Shown: piece by piece, positions 9,502 to 20,600 of the stretch
Layout: each line of letters starts with the position of its first letter
How positions within the stretch are numbered: position 1 is the stretch's first letter
From: Candidatus Poribacteria bacterium
GTDB taxonomy: Bacteria > Poribacteria > WGA-4E > WGA-3G
Assembly: GCA_965198235.1 (NCBI GenBank)
Contig: OZ240248.1
Coordinates: 2,240,001 to 2,304,000 of the forward strand
DNA: 64,000 nt
Direction: 5' to 3'
Program-made: the position numbers and the translations under genes
Notes under the pieces: model-generated
What the model was told of the DNA's origin: nothing
Database searches by the model: none
What the model saw: the letters and a program-made list of their open reading frames with translations, nothing else

Positions 9502-10344
9502 CTATTGGGAGGATTTGAGGGACCCCCAGGTTGTCGCTATTTTTCCAGCGGCATCAACAGCTAACGCGCCTTCAATGCCTTCACCGAGTTTTGCGACATC
9601 ATCATCAGAGAGCACCGTGTCGAAGACAACAACTTCGTCAATGATACCGTTCCACTGGCAGCGTTTGCCACAGCCCGGGTCCGCACCGATATAGGCCTCT
9701 TCGGGAGATGCCCACGGTGGTCCTTTTGCATCTTCGGAGTTCTGTAGTTTGCCGTTAACGTAGACATGGAGTTGGGATCCATCCCATGTGCCGACGAGGT
9801 GCACCCATTCTTTGGAGGGGAGTTCATCACCGAGGACTTCAAGTTTTCCACCGCCGTTGGCAACTCGGATGTGGAATGCTGCCTGCGTGCTATTTTGTCC
9901 GTTTTCATGTGCCCCTGTTCCGAGTAAAAACTGCGACCAGGTTGAACATCCAAGCCCTTTCCATATCACACATTTGCCGGTCGGGTCCTCTGCTGCATAG
10001 ACCCAAGAATGGATTGAAAAACCTTTAGAATCTTTGAAATCCAAGGCGGCTAACGTTTTATCTTCACCCTTAGTGCCGAGTTTGACCCAAGTGTCTGCAC
10101 CGTTAAATTCTAACCCGCCGCCGAATTTGCCTTTCGCCCATTTCAGGTCGCCAACAAATTCACCGTCGGTGTCGTTACCGGAAAGATCTTTTACAACTTT
10201 ACCTTTACCTTCTTCAAAGGTCCACATCCCCGCAATGTCTCCTTCATCAAACGCCGCGTAGCTTACGCTTATCATCGCGAAGCTGAGGGTTATGACAACA
10301 ATTGCAGTGAATGTGTAATTCAGATAGCGTTTTGCCAAAAGCAT
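9502..10344 (-). CDS. Secreted LamG-like jellyroll protein with TWG tail
   Basis: 'WTFEEGKG...DLSGN', 'GKFGGGLEFNG', 'WVHLVGTWDG', 'GIIDEV'; tail LAVDAAGKIATTWGSLK. Confidence 0.88.
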   Translation of the reverse strand: MLLAKRYLNYTFTAIVVITLSFAMISVSYAAFDEGDIAGMWTFEEGKGKVVKDLSGNDTDGEFVGDLKWAKGKFGGGLEFNGADTWVKLGTKGEDKTLAALDFKDSKGFSIHSWVYAAEDPTGKCVIWKGLGCSTWSQFLLGTGAHENGQNSTQAAFHIRVANGGGKLEVLGDELPSKEWVHLVGTWDGSQLHVYVNGKLQNSEDAKGPPWASPEEAYIGADPGCGKRCQWNGIIDEVVVFDTVLSDDDVAKLGEGIEGALAVDAAGKIATTWGSLKSSQ

Positions 10345-10388
10345 ATTTATTTTCCTTTTGAGAACGCGATTCGGTGATCGCTTCTCCC

Positions 10389-11147
10389 TTACTTTTTCAG
10401 ACTACCCCATGTGACAGCCAACTTCTGTTTTGTGTCTACGGCGAGAGTCGTCTCGAAACCGTCATTCATAACCGCTTGTACGTCATCTTCGTCGAGGAAA
10501 GTGTTGAAGATGATGAACTCGTCTAACTGCCCTTCCCATTGTCGGCTTTGGTTCCAGTCGCCAATTCGGGCAGGATCGAGTACACCCGGGTTTCCACCCC
10601 AATCGTTTTCGATATCGAGTTCACCGTTGACGAAAAAGCGGATTTTCTTTTCCTTCGCGCTGTAGGCGGTTGCGATGTGGACCCATTTATCCATCTGATC
10701 GCCTGCTAACATATAGTTCGCAAAAGTGTCGTTCCCGCCAGGGTTACTGTGAATGGAGAACTCGACTTTATTATTCGGGTGCATCTGGTAATGGATGTCC
10801 CCGGCTTTCCAACCGTTGACGTTGAAGAAAACACGCCATGCTCCCTCTCGTCCAGTGGATTTGACCCAATGTGCGAAGGTAATTTCTTCAAATTCGCCGA
10901 TCCGTTTCGGGATTTCGACCCAGTCGCTTGCACCGTCGAGTTCGATCGCGTCACCGAATTTCCCACCGACAAAGTTTCCACCTTTGACCTCGCCATCAAA
11001 TCCGTTCCCGGACATATCTTCGGCATCGCCCTCAAACAGCCATGCTGCCGCGATCATATCTTCGGTGATTTCTGCGGAGCTGAGCGGACTGCTACCCAAT
11101 ATGAGCAGGACGCTGAGGGTAACTGTGATAATTCTTGGATTTAACAA
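10389..11147 (-). CDS. Secreted LamG-like jellyroll protein with TWG tail
   Basis: AGGAGG before TTG start; 'GKFGDAIELDG', 'WVHIA', 'GQLDEF'; tail LAVDTKQKLAVTWGSLKK. Confidence 0.88.
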   Translation of the reverse strand: MLNPRIITVTLSVLLILGSSPLSSAEITEDMIAAAWLFEGDAEDMSGNGFDGEVKGGNFVGGKFGDAIELDGASDWVEIPKRIGEFEEITFAHWVKSTGREGAWRVFFNVNGWKAGDIHYQMHPNNKVEFSIHSNPGGNDTFANYMLAGDQMDKWVHIATAYSAKEKKIRFFVNGELDIENDWGGNPGVLDPARIGDWNQSRQWEGQLDEFIIFNTFLDEDDVQAVMNDGFETTLAVDTKQKLAVTWGSLKK

Positions 11148-11298
11148 AAAAACCTCCTATGTGTTGCCAGAAGAACCGATATACCTAAGACATTCCCGAT
11201 TCTTCTGAGGCATTTCTTACTCTGTGTATACTTTAATTATAGCATGAAAAATGTGGAAATACAACCTCTTTTTAAGACTGAAAATCTTAGCGGAAGGA

Positions 11299-12150
11299 TT
11301 AAACGAATCTGTCCTTGTGTGGACTGGCTTCCCATTGCGCATGCCACGCTTGCCATGACGTAGGACACTGCCTGCTTTCACGCTCGCGAGCTGGGCAGGC
11401 AATCGCTTCGTGCCAAAGTCCGTTTAGCGAGGTGCCGGTGCGACTGAACCGAAAATCTGTCGACCAGCGGATGATGTCGCTGTGATTAACTAACGATCGA
11501 TGGAAGACCAGATTGTTAAAGACAAGTAAGTCACCTTTCTTCATCTCTAAGGTATCGATGTCGGTATCAGATGAGGTGGGAGGAAGAAGAGGGACGGCAA
11601 ACGTCTCGCCGGGCACGCGGTGATAGGTTTGTAAGCCTGACTTGTGGCTTCCCGGTAGGAATTGTAAGGGACCGTTCTCCAGTTTGACATCTACTAACGG
11701 CATCCATACGGTAAGGTGGGTATCCGTTTCGGTGTTCGGCATATACGCGCTGTCTTGATGCCAAGGGAGCGTCGTCAGTTTTTCGTTTGGAAGTTTCGGA
11801 CGCACCCAAAAGTCGCCGTTGAATTGAATATCACTTCCGATAAGGGATTCCAAGATGTCTAACACCTTCGGATGGATTATCAGATTAAAGAGTGCTTCGC
11901 TGAAGACAAGCGTATGCCAGCCAAAGACCTCGTTTTCTCTGCCACACGCTTTTAAAACTGCATGCCAACGGCGTTCAAAAGACAGCTCTTCATAGGTATC
12001 CGAGATGACCCCTTCTTTATAGAGTTCAGTGGCACGCGTATCGACGACTTCAGAGACAACAGCAATTAGCGAGGCAAGGTCTGGTTCAGACAGTGCTGAT
12101 TGGACAACAAGGTAGCCCTGTTCCGTAAATTTTTCAGAATTCGTTTCCAT
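11299..12150 (-). CDS. Phytanoyl-CoA dioxygenase (PhyH) family Fe(II)/2OG enzyme
   Basis: WHQD and distal H (VFHRS), 'PGSH', R for 2OG binding. Confidence 0.9.
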   Translation of the reverse strand: METNSEKFTEQGYLVVQSALSEPDLASLIAVVSEVVDTRATELYKEGVISDTYEELSFERRWHAVLKACGRENEVFGWHTLVFSEALFNLIIHPKVLDILESLIGSDIQFNGDFWVRPKLPNEKLTTLPWHQDSAYMPNTETDTHLTVWMPLVDVKLENGPLQFLPGSHKSGLQTYHRVPGETFAVPLLPPTSSDTDIDTLEMKKGDLLVFNNLVFHRSLVNHSDIIRWSTDFRFSRTGTSLNGLWHEAIACPARERESRQCPTSWQAWHAQWEASPHKDRFV

Positions 12151-12155
12151 CGTTT

Positions 12156-12884
12156 TTAATAAAGTGTTTTTAGTGCTCCCCAGGTAGTTGTTAGTTTTCG
12201 TCCCGGTTTCACAGGAAGTGGGTCCATGGAGTCCTCAACAGAGATGGCTTCATCCCAGAATGCTACCTCGTCGACAGCACCACCAAAATGGTTCTGACCG
12301 TTACGACTGCCGATAGTAAATGGTAGTCCTTCGGTGATATGGACGGCATTGGCACCGGGCATTTCGCCTTCTAATTTTCCGTCAACGTAAGCCTTCACGG
12401 ACTTGCCGTCGTATGAACCGAAGATGTGATACCATTTTCCAATTTCAAGGGCGACATTGCCGACACAACAGACGAGATTGTTTCCGGGACCGGTGGAAAC
12501 TTCAAAGGAGAGTGTCCCGTCAGGTTCAATGAAGAAGCCGTAACTCCAGTTGAGGTGAATACCCTTCTCAGCAACCGCGACCCATGAACCGAGTTTTAGC
12601 GGCTGAATCCATGCCGCCATAGACAATGCTTCAAGTTCAGAAATTGCTGGCGCGTCGGGGATATCGACGTAGTCAGTGCTGCCGTTGAACTCTAACGCTT
12701 CACCGAACTTTCCGGCTACTACCTTCGGATTCCCGTGTATATTGCCGTCGTGACCGTTTCCAGTTAGGTCATCCACGCCGTCTGCTTTGTCAAATGACCA
12801 GTAGGCTACCAATTCGGCATTTGCTGTGAGATGGACGATGCCAAACAGGAGAAAGGTTAGACACACAATTTTTGCAAGCGACAC
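12156..12884 (-). CDS. Secreted LamG-like jellyroll protein with TWG tail
   Basis: GGAGG before GTG 12884, signal peptide, 'LVAYWSFD', 'GKFGEALEFNG'; tail LPVKPGRKLTTTWGALKTLY. Confidence 0.88.
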   Translation of the reverse strand: MSLAKIVCLTFLLFGIVHLTANAELVAYWSFDKADGVDDLTGNGHDGNIHGNPKVVAGKFGEALEFNGSTDYVDIPDAPAISELEALSMAAWIQPLKLGSWVAVAEKGIHLNWSYGFFIEPDGTLSFEVSTGPGNNLVCCVGNVALEIGKWYHIFGSYDGKSVKAYVDGKLEGEMPGANAVHITEGLPFTIGSRNGQNHFGGAVDEVAFWDEAISVEDSMDPLPVKPGRKLTTTWGALKTLY

Positions 12885-13005
12885 GGTTATACCTCCGTTT
12901 AAGCGAGTGTATGGCGAGGTCAGGGACCTCGCCATAGAATAGGACATTTGAATATGCGTTTACAAGCTGCGTCGCGGCGGAGTGCGAAGAAAAATAAAGG
13001 GTCCT

Positions 13006-14043
13006 CTATAGTTTGGCTCTCAGTTTATCCATTAGCCCATCTGGTGGATCGAAGGGGAGTTCAATCACTTCGTTTGTTATCCCGCTATAGTAAATTCCCA
13101 GTAGCAGGTTGAACTCGGCGAGCGATTGCTCAAGATGCGTGGGATGTACCTTGCTCTCGTCGTCCAGCCAATCAAAGACTGCCTCAGTAAGATTGCCTTG
13201 TGCGACGACATCCTGTTCTCCGTAGCTAAGTGGACCGCCCTCATAGCCGTTCTCCGGTGTTGAGCGTTCCCAACTACTAAATCGCCAATGCACGAAGCCT
13301 TTCGTTCCAATCACAAAGACGCGTTTATGGAAAAAGACGACGGGATCGTCAGAGGCAGTCGGTGCGATGGCTGTCCCGAACGCAACAGAGATATGAAGCC
13401 CGTTCTCGTACTGAACGCGCGCACTCGCATATTGCGGAGAGGGTTGCGCTGAATCCAAGTGTTCGGCACCAGAGATTTGTCCGAGGACTCGCACCGGACG
13501 CGAGTTGTCAATATAGGAGGAAACGAGTTGCAATACATGCGGGCCCTGATCAACGGGTGTGCTCCGTGCGCTCGCATCAATGAATTTGATCTCCCCGATG
13601 CGACCTTTTGCAACATCCTGCTTCAATTCCAGATTCTGTGGGTGGAAGTTGAGTTGCGTGTTGACGACGAATTTCGTTTCCGTTTCCTTGGAAAGTCCTG
13701 ATATTTGTTTCCAGTCCTCGCTTTCAACAGCGATCGGTTTCTCGACAATCGCCGCTGGCACACCGGCATCCGATGCTTGTTTCATCAACGGATAGCGAAT
13801 ACGCTCATTGCTACCCCGCAGCACGGGTGCTGTGACGATGTGGAGAACATCGGGTTTCTCTTTTTCAAGCATCTCGTCCAAGTCGGTGTAGCGTGAAGAG
13901 ATACCGAAGTCGTCTCCGAATTTGTTAAGTAATTCTGTGTTCATATCACAGATTGCGGCGAGTTTGCCATTTTTAACGAAGCGATAGGCATCTGCATGCG
14001 CGCGTGCGCGACCCCCGCAGCCTAACATCGCTGTTTTATACAT
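13006..14043 (-). CDS. Gfo/Idh/MocA family oxidoreductase (tandem copy 4)
   Basis: LGCGGRA Rossmann motif, EKP motif. Confidence 0.9.
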   Translation of the reverse strand: MYKTAMLGCGGRARAHADAYRFVKNGKLAAICDMNTELLNKFGDDFGISSRYTDLDEMLEKEKPDVLHIVTAPVLRGSNERIRYPLMKQASDAGVPAAIVEKPIAVESEDWKQISGLSKETETKFVVNTQLNFHPQNLELKQDVAKGRIGEIKFIDASARSTPVDQGPHVLQLVSSYIDNSRPVRVLGQISGAEHLDSAQPSPQYASARVQYENGLHISVAFGTAIAPTASDDPVVFFHKRVFVIGTKGFVHWRFSSWERSTPENGYEGGPLSYGEQDVVAQGNLTEAVFDWLDDESKVHPTHLEQSLAEFNLLLGIYYSGITNEVIELPFDPPDGLMDKLRAKL

Positions 14044-14128
14044 AGAAAGGTCTCCTTTAAATCAATAATATTTCTAACACCAAGCTAAAATAGATGGATG
14101 CTAATCGGAGAAAGTATAAGTTGACTTT

Positions 14129-15172
14129 TTATAGTTTTTCTCGGAGTACATCAATCAATCCATCGGGCGGTTCAAACGGGAGTTCAATAATCTGGTTCGT
14201 TACCCCGCTGTAGTAGATGCCGAGGAGGAGATTGAATTCCGCGAGAGATTGCTTGAGATGCGTCGGATGCACATTGTTCTCATCATCAAGCCAATCGAAA
14301 ACAGCCTCTGTAAGATTCCCCTGTGCCACGACATCCTGCTCTCCATAGTCAAGCGGACCACTCTCGTAACCACCGTCTGGTGTTGAGCGTTCCCAACTGC
14401 TAAACCGCCAGTGCACGAAACCTTTCGTACCGACGACAAAGACGCGTTTGTGGGTGTGATTACCCGCATCCGGATCTTTAGGCACTCGCTGCCCTACACC
14501 TGTCCCGAAGGCAAGAGAGACGTGAAGACCATTTTCATATAAAGCCTGAGCAGCAGCATGCATAGGGGAAGGCTGAGTGGAGTCTAAATCCTGAGCCCCA
14601 GAAACCTGTCCGAGCACCCGCGCAGGACGTGAGTTGTCGATGTAGGAAGAGACGAGTTGCAACACGTGGGGTGCTTGGTCGACGGGAGTGCTCCGGGCAC
14701 TGGCATCAATAAACTTGATTTCACCTATTCTACCCTCTGAGACATCCCGTTTCAATTCCAAGTTTTGGGGGTGGAAGTTGAGTTGTGTGTTAACGACGAA
14801 CTTGGTCTTTGTCTCTTCTGCTAATCCTGCAAGCTGCTTCCAGTCCTCGCTCTCAACGGCAATCGGTTTTTCGACGATCGCCGCAGGCACACCGGCATCC
14901 GATGCTTGTTTCATCAGTGAGTACCGAATCCGTTCATTGGTGCCGCGTAACACCGGTGCCGTAACGATATGGAGGACATCGGGTTTTTCTTGTTCAAGCA
15001 TCTCGTCTAAGTCAGTGTATCGTGAAGAGATACCGAAGTCGTCTCCGAAACTGGTGAGCAGTTCTTCGTTCATATCACAGATTGCGGCGAGTTTGCCATT
15101 TTTGATGAAGCGATAGGCATCTGCATGTGCACGGGCACGTCCACCGCATCCTAACATCGCAGTTTTATACAT
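14129..15172 (-). CDS. Gfo/Idh/MocA family oxidoreductase (tandem copy 3)
   Basis: Same motifs; close paralog of its neighbours. Confidence 0.9.
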   Translation of the reverse strand: MYKTAMLGCGGRARAHADAYRFIKNGKLAAICDMNEELLTSFGDDFGISSRYTDLDEMLEQEKPDVLHIVTAPVLRGTNERIRYSLMKQASDAGVPAAIVEKPIAVESEDWKQLAGLAEETKTKFVVNTQLNFHPQNLELKRDVSEGRIGEIKFIDASARSTPVDQAPHVLQLVSSYIDNSRPARVLGQVSGAQDLDSTQPSPMHAAAQALYENGLHVSLAFGTGVGQRVPKDPDAGNHTHKRVFVVGTKGFVHWRFSSWERSTPDGGYESGPLDYGEQDVVAQGNLTEAVFDWLDDENNVHPTHLKQSLAEFNLLLGIYYSGVTNQIIELPFEPPDGLIDVLREKL

Positions 15173-15215
15173 GGAAAATTCTCCTCTAAACGTTCCGTAT
15201 GAATTCGGATTGGGT

Positions 15216-16253
15216 TTACAATTCTTTCCTGAGTGAGTCCATTAATCCGTCAGGCGGTTCAAACGGTAGATCAATAATCTCGTTTGTTATCCCGCTATAG
15301 TAAATCCCTAAAAGTAGGTTGAACTCCGCGAGAGATTGCTTGAGATGCGTCGGATGGACGTTGTTCTCATCGTCAAGCCAGTCAAAGACAGCCTCAGTGA
15401 GGTTTCCTTGTGCAGCAGTATCCTGTTCTCCATAGTTGAGAGGTCCCCCTTCGTAGCCGCTTTCCGGTGTTGTCCGCTCCCAACTACTGAATCGCCAATG
15501 CACAAAACCTTTCGTGCCGACGACAAAAACACGTTTATGTGCAACAGTACTCTCACTGTCCGATGCCAACGTCCCCATGCCAGTGCCAAACGCAACAGAA
15601 ACGTGGAGGCCGTTCTCGTACAAAACATGCCCGGCAGCATGCATCGGAGACGGTTGTGCTGAATCTAACTGTTCGGCGCCAGAGATTTGTCCAAGCACAC
15701 GGGTCGGACGCGAGTTATCGATGTAGGATGACACCAACTGTAGCACATGTGGTGCTTGGTCGACCGGCGTGCTGCGTGCGCTGGCATCAATAAACTTAAT
15801 CTCACCAATACGACCTGCCGCTACATCCGCTTTTAATTCAAGATTCTGTGGATGGAAGTTAAGTTGTGTATTGACGACAAATTTCGTTTGTGTCTCTTCC
15901 GCCAAACCTGCGATCTGCTTCCAGTCCTCGCTTTCAACAGCAATTGGCTTTTCAACGATCGCCGCAGGCACACCGTGGTCGGATGTCTGTTTCATCAACG
16001 GGTACCGGATGCGCTCACTGGTGCCGCGTAACACCGGTGCCGTAACAATGTGGAGGACATCGGGTTTCTCTTTTTCAAGCATCTCATCAAGATCGGTGTA
16101 GCGTGAAGAGATACCGAAATCGTCTCCAAAACTGTTGAGTAGTTCTTCGTTCATATCACAGATCGCAGCGAGTTTACCACCTTTGACAAAACGGTAAGCA
16201 CTTGCATGTGCACGGGCACGACCCCCGCAGCCTAACACCGCTGTTTTATACAT
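15216..16253 (-). CDS. Gfo/Idh/MocA family oxidoreductase (tandem copy 2)
   Basis: Start set to MYKT (ATG 16253) by alignment with the paralogs. Confidence 0.9.
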   Translation of the reverse strand: MYKTAVLGCGGRARAHASAYRFVKGGKLAAICDMNEELLNSFGDDFGISSRYTDLDEMLEKEKPDVLHIVTAPVLRGTSERIRYPLMKQTSDHGVPAAIVEKPIAVESEDWKQIAGLAEETQTKFVVNTQLNFHPQNLELKADVAAGRIGEIKFIDASARSTPVDQAPHVLQLVSSYIDNSRPTRVLGQISGAEQLDSAQPSPMHAAGHVLYENGLHVSVAFGTGMGTLASDSESTVAHKRVFVVGTKGFVHWRFSSWERTTPESGYEGGPLNYGEQDTAAQGNLTEAVFDWLDDENNVHPTHLKQSLAEFNLLLGIYYSGITNEIIDLPFEPPDGLMDSLRKEL

Positions 16254-16359
16254 GAGGTTGTCTCCTCTAATATTAACAATAGCACGCCAACGGCGCACCA
16301 GAACGTAGGGCGGAACGAAAGTACGGAGATCTCACCCCACAACACAGATTCATTTCAAA

Positions 16360-17406
16360 TTACAACTTCTCTCGGAGCATGTCCATCAGCCCATCGGGCG
16401 GTTCAAACGGGAGCTCGATAATCTCATTTGTTATCCCGCTGTAGTACATCCCTAAGATGAGGTTAAACTCAACGAGCGATTGCTTGAGATGCGTCGGATG
16501 CACAGTGTTCTCATCGTCTAACCAATCAAAAACTGCTTCGGTGAAGTTAGCCTGTGCGACGACATCTTGCTCTCCATAGTTAAGCGGACCGCTCTCATAG
16601 CCACCCTCCAAGGTTGTGCGTTCCCAACTGTTGAACCGCCAATGCACGAAGCCCTTCGTTCCAGCAACAAAAACACGTTTGTGTCCGTAGATACCCGGGT
16701 CATCGGATGCCTTTTGTGCCATCTCTGTTCCAAATGCGAGAGAAACATGGAGACCGTTCTCATACAAAGCATGCCCGACAGCATGCGTCGGAGACGGATG
16801 CCCCCCAGGAGCAAAATTTAAATTCTCGCTTCCAGAGATTTGCCCAAGAATCCGCACCGGACGCAAGTTGTCGATGTAGGAGGACACCAACTGTAGCACA
16901 TGTCCTCCCTGCTCGGCGGTTCTGCTGCGCGCACTGGCATCAATGAACCTAATCTCGCCGATCCGTCCTTCCACGACATCTTTTTTTAACTCCAGATTTT
17001 TCGGATGGAAGTCGAGTTGTGTATTGACGACGAATTTCGTTTTCGTCTCTTCCGCTAACCCCGCAATCTGTTTCCAATCTTCGCTTTCAATGGCAACCGG
17101 TTTCTCAACAATTGCCGCTGGCACACCGTGGTCGGATGCCTGTTTCATCAACGGGTAACGGATACGTTTGTTGCTACTCGGAACCACAGGGCTTGTGACG
17201 ATGTGAAGAACATCAGGTTTCTCTTTTTCAAGCATCTCATCCAAGTCGGTGTAGCGTGAAGAGATACCGAAGTCATCCCCGAATGTGTTGAGTCGTTCTT
17301 CGTTCATATCGCAGATTGCGGCGAGTTTCCCGCGTTTGACGAAGCGATACGCATCTGCGTGCCCACGGGCGCGACCCCCGCACCCTAACATCGCTGTTTT
17401 ATACAT
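16360..17406 (-). CDS. Gfo/Idh/MocA family oxidoreductase (tandem copy 1)
   Basis: Start set to MYKT (ATG 17406) by alignment with the paralogs. Confidence 0.9.
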   Translation of the reverse strand: MYKTAMLGCGGRARGHADAYRFVKRGKLAAICDMNEERLNTFGDDFGISSRYTDLDEMLEKEKPDVLHIVTSPVVPSSNKRIRYPLMKQASDHGVPAAIVEKPVAIESEDWKQIAGLAEETKTKFVVNTQLDFHPKNLELKKDVVEGRIGEIRFIDASARSRTAEQGGHVLQLVSSYIDNLRPVRILGQISGSENLNFAPGGHPSPTHAVGHALYENGLHVSLAFGTEMAQKASDDPGIYGHKRVFVAGTKGFVHWRFNSWERTTLEGGYESGPLNYGEQDVVAQANFTEAVFDWLDDENTVHPTHLKQSLVEFNLILGMYYSGITNEIIELPFEPPDGLMDMLREKL

Positions 17407-17520
17407 CGGAATGTCTCCTATTGGAGGTATCATCTATCATCAGTTTTGCCATTAGATTATCAGAGAGATATGTTTTTGTCAAACCTTATTAAATTCTTGA
17501 ACCTCGTCAGGAAAAACAAT

Positions 17521-17549
17521 TTGACCTCTGCCCTAAAATATGCTAACAT
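17521..17549 (+). promoter_or_regulatory. Putative sigma70 promoter of the STAND-HEPN operon
   Basis: TTGACC, 17 bp spacer, TG-C-TAACAT. Confidence 0.45.
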
Positions 17550-17644
17550 ATTGCTATGAAACACTGTTGATGTACTAAACTAATTTTGAGAAGATATATC
17601 TATTCTATTGTTCAACCTGCTGCCGCCATCAAAGGGAAATTCCA

Positions 17645-20600
17645 ATGAAAAAAGTGTTATCAGACTACATAAAAACAAAGGAAGACTTCGATCGATTCTG
17701 CAACCTATTCCTGAAAAAAGAGGTGTCTCCCTTCGTTAAAGTGTACGACGCGCCAGGTCGCGATGGCGGAATTGATGCAGACTACACCGGAGTTTATAAG
17801 AAAAGGGACGGCACCTGGATCTTCCAATACAAATTTTTTGACCCAACAATAGATAAGGGACGTGCCCGTAGCCAACTCATTTCCCAAATGAAAGGTGGCA
17901 AACGTAAAAAGGGTGAACTCGACAAAGCCGATGCCTTGCAGTGTGATCACTACGTTCTCATGACCAGTACCTTACTTACTGCTGGTAACAAGCGTAAAAT
18001 TGAGGACCTTAAAAACGAGAAAGAATATACGTTTTCGTTAATCTGTTGGGATGCAGAAGACCTCATCGCGATGACTGATGAGTTTCCTTACCTCTTAAAT
18101 TCATTCCGAGATCCCTATCTACCCGTATTTCTTCCTTGGCAGGACATGTTCCGAGATCAAACTACGGGTAAACATCAATTGTTAAGATACGACTATGAAA
18201 CCTTCGGACGCGAGGATGAGATACGTCAATTTCAAACCTTTGTTCGAGACCCAGACAAAAGACTACTCATGGTATACGGTAGCGGTGGCATAGGAAAAAC
18301 CAAGCTCGCTATTGAGTTTGCAAAAACAGTTGAACAAGAGCACACAGATTATGAGCCTCTCTTTGTTCAGATGGCTGGAGACAGTTTTGAAAGTGCTCTT
18401 GCAGATATTCCTCCCAATCGGAACTACGTCTTTTTTATAGACGATGCACATGACTTGATTGACCACCTTGGGGGCATCAACATAATTCTGAACAGTTCTG
18501 GATACAGCGAATCCAAAGCAGTGATCATAACGCGGAAGCCGTTTAAAGCGTCTTTGGAGGGTTGCTTCCTAACCGCCTTACCGGATGATGCGGTTGATGA
18601 ACTTGAAATCCGAAAACTTTCTCTGGAGGAAACGAAGGAATTCATCCGCACGTACACGCGTATACCCGACGGTTCGCTTTTAACAGGGTTAGCACAGATT
18701 GGACGAGATACGCCGCTGATTGCTGCTATGGTGATAGATTCTCTCAATAAAGGACTCGATTTGAGGGATTTAACAACAAAGGATAAATTGGTTGAACTTA
18801 CGTTTGAATCCTATCTAAATGATATCTTCAGCAAACATCTGCCAAGATCCGACAAGCGGCACCGAAAATTGCTGGACTGGCTTAGCGGGATTGCATCCAT
18901 TGACACAGAAGACAACCGAATACGCGATAAATTGGCTGAAATCTTAAAAGTGGAGCCTTATGAGATAGAGCAATACCGCGATGATCTGAGAGCATACGGC
19001 TTGCTTCTTCAGTTTGGGCGAAAACAGCGTGTCTTTCCCGATGTGCTCAGTGATTATATTTTACGGAAAGCGTGCTTTCTCTCCGATGGGAGACCGTCTT
19101 CTTTCCACAAAAGTCTGTTGGATGATTTTTTGCCTCTTCTCCCCATCAAAGTAATCATCAATCTTGCTCGCGTGGAAAACATCACTGGTGAAAAAAATCT
19201 TCTTGATGAACATGTTGATTCTCTGAAAACCCGAGTAGAGGAAGGTGATAATGTTGTTCGCGAGCATATCTTGGAGCAGATGGAAGGCATCAGTTATTTT
19301 CGTCCAGATGATGCAACTGAAATTTTCAATATTATCTTCGATAACCCTAAAGAAGATTATGTGAGGCACTATAGGGGATGGACATCCATACGAACCCATC
19401 AAGATTTGATAAAGAAGGTTGCCAAAGAAGTACAGAAAACAGTCAATACGCTCTCTGGATTTACGAAGACCCTAAAAATAGTCCGCAAACTCCTGCTGAT
19501 GGGTGATTTGGAGCTTCCAAATCACGATTCGCCGCAAGAGTTGTTGAAAAGGATGGCAGGTTTCCAAACGAGCAAACCCAGCGTGTTTCAAACGAGGGTG
19601 ATTGAATCGTTTGAGGTATGGGAAAAGGAAGATGAACCTGAACTAAGTTTGGCTCTACTCAACGCTCTTGACTCACTTCTCGTGTTGGATTTCAGTGAAA
19701 CTTTCAGTGAAGGCAGTTCTTTGAAGTTTGATTGGCACCATTTAAATTATACACCTGAATTGAGTCAACTCAGAGCGAAGGCGATTAACCTAATTGAGCA
19801 TTGCCTGAGAACATCTCAACATAGTACCGTCAAAGCAGAAGCGATAGGCTCTATTAGTCGAGCGATAAATCCTTTGGAAAGCTCATTTCGGCAGGGAATT
19901 GCAGAAGAGGAACAAGCTCTCTTACAAGAGGATCAGACGCGACTCTTCAACATATTAGCTGATCAAATGTTAAAAGAATCCGATTTTACTGTTCTTAATG
20001 CAATAGATCGGTGTCTTCATGGATATACAGAAAACACATATTTAGGCGGTTTTCCGAAAGAGAAGGCAGCGGAATTACTTGCTAAATTTCACGAACATGA
20101 AAATTATGAAAGGTACCACTTCTATCGTCAATTTACTGGGAAATTCCGAGACTGGGAAGCGAGTGAGAGTACTGAACAAACTCAGGCGTTCTTGGAAAGT
20201 TATATCAAGAAATACACATCTACACAACTCTCATGTCTAATGCAAGAATGTATAGAAGTTGCTGAACAAGGGAAAGAGTACCGAAGTACCAGAGATGGGA
20301 TCTGGTCAGAAAAAGGGTGGAATCCTGGAAGTGCGACATCGCTGCTTCACTCTATCGGTAAAATTGACCCTTCCTACGGGGTTGATTTACTGTATTGCAT
20401 TGTTGCTTGGCAAACAGATGAATCGCATTGTGCTTCAGGTTTACTCAATGGCATTCGCTGTTCTGACAAGGATAAAGCCCTTGAAGCAACCCGCCGTCTT
20501 CTAAATCAGGATACCATCTTTGCCAAACACATCGTCGCAAGAAGTTATTCTTGGAGAAGCAAAACTGACCAAGATTTTGGCAAAGAAGATCTGTCCATTT

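Noticed and set aside
13006-17406. Diversity-generating retroelement (TR/VR) explanation for the tandem paralogs
   Set aside because: No reverse transcriptase in the window; all copies are full ORFs; differences include indels and are not visibly adenine-specific.
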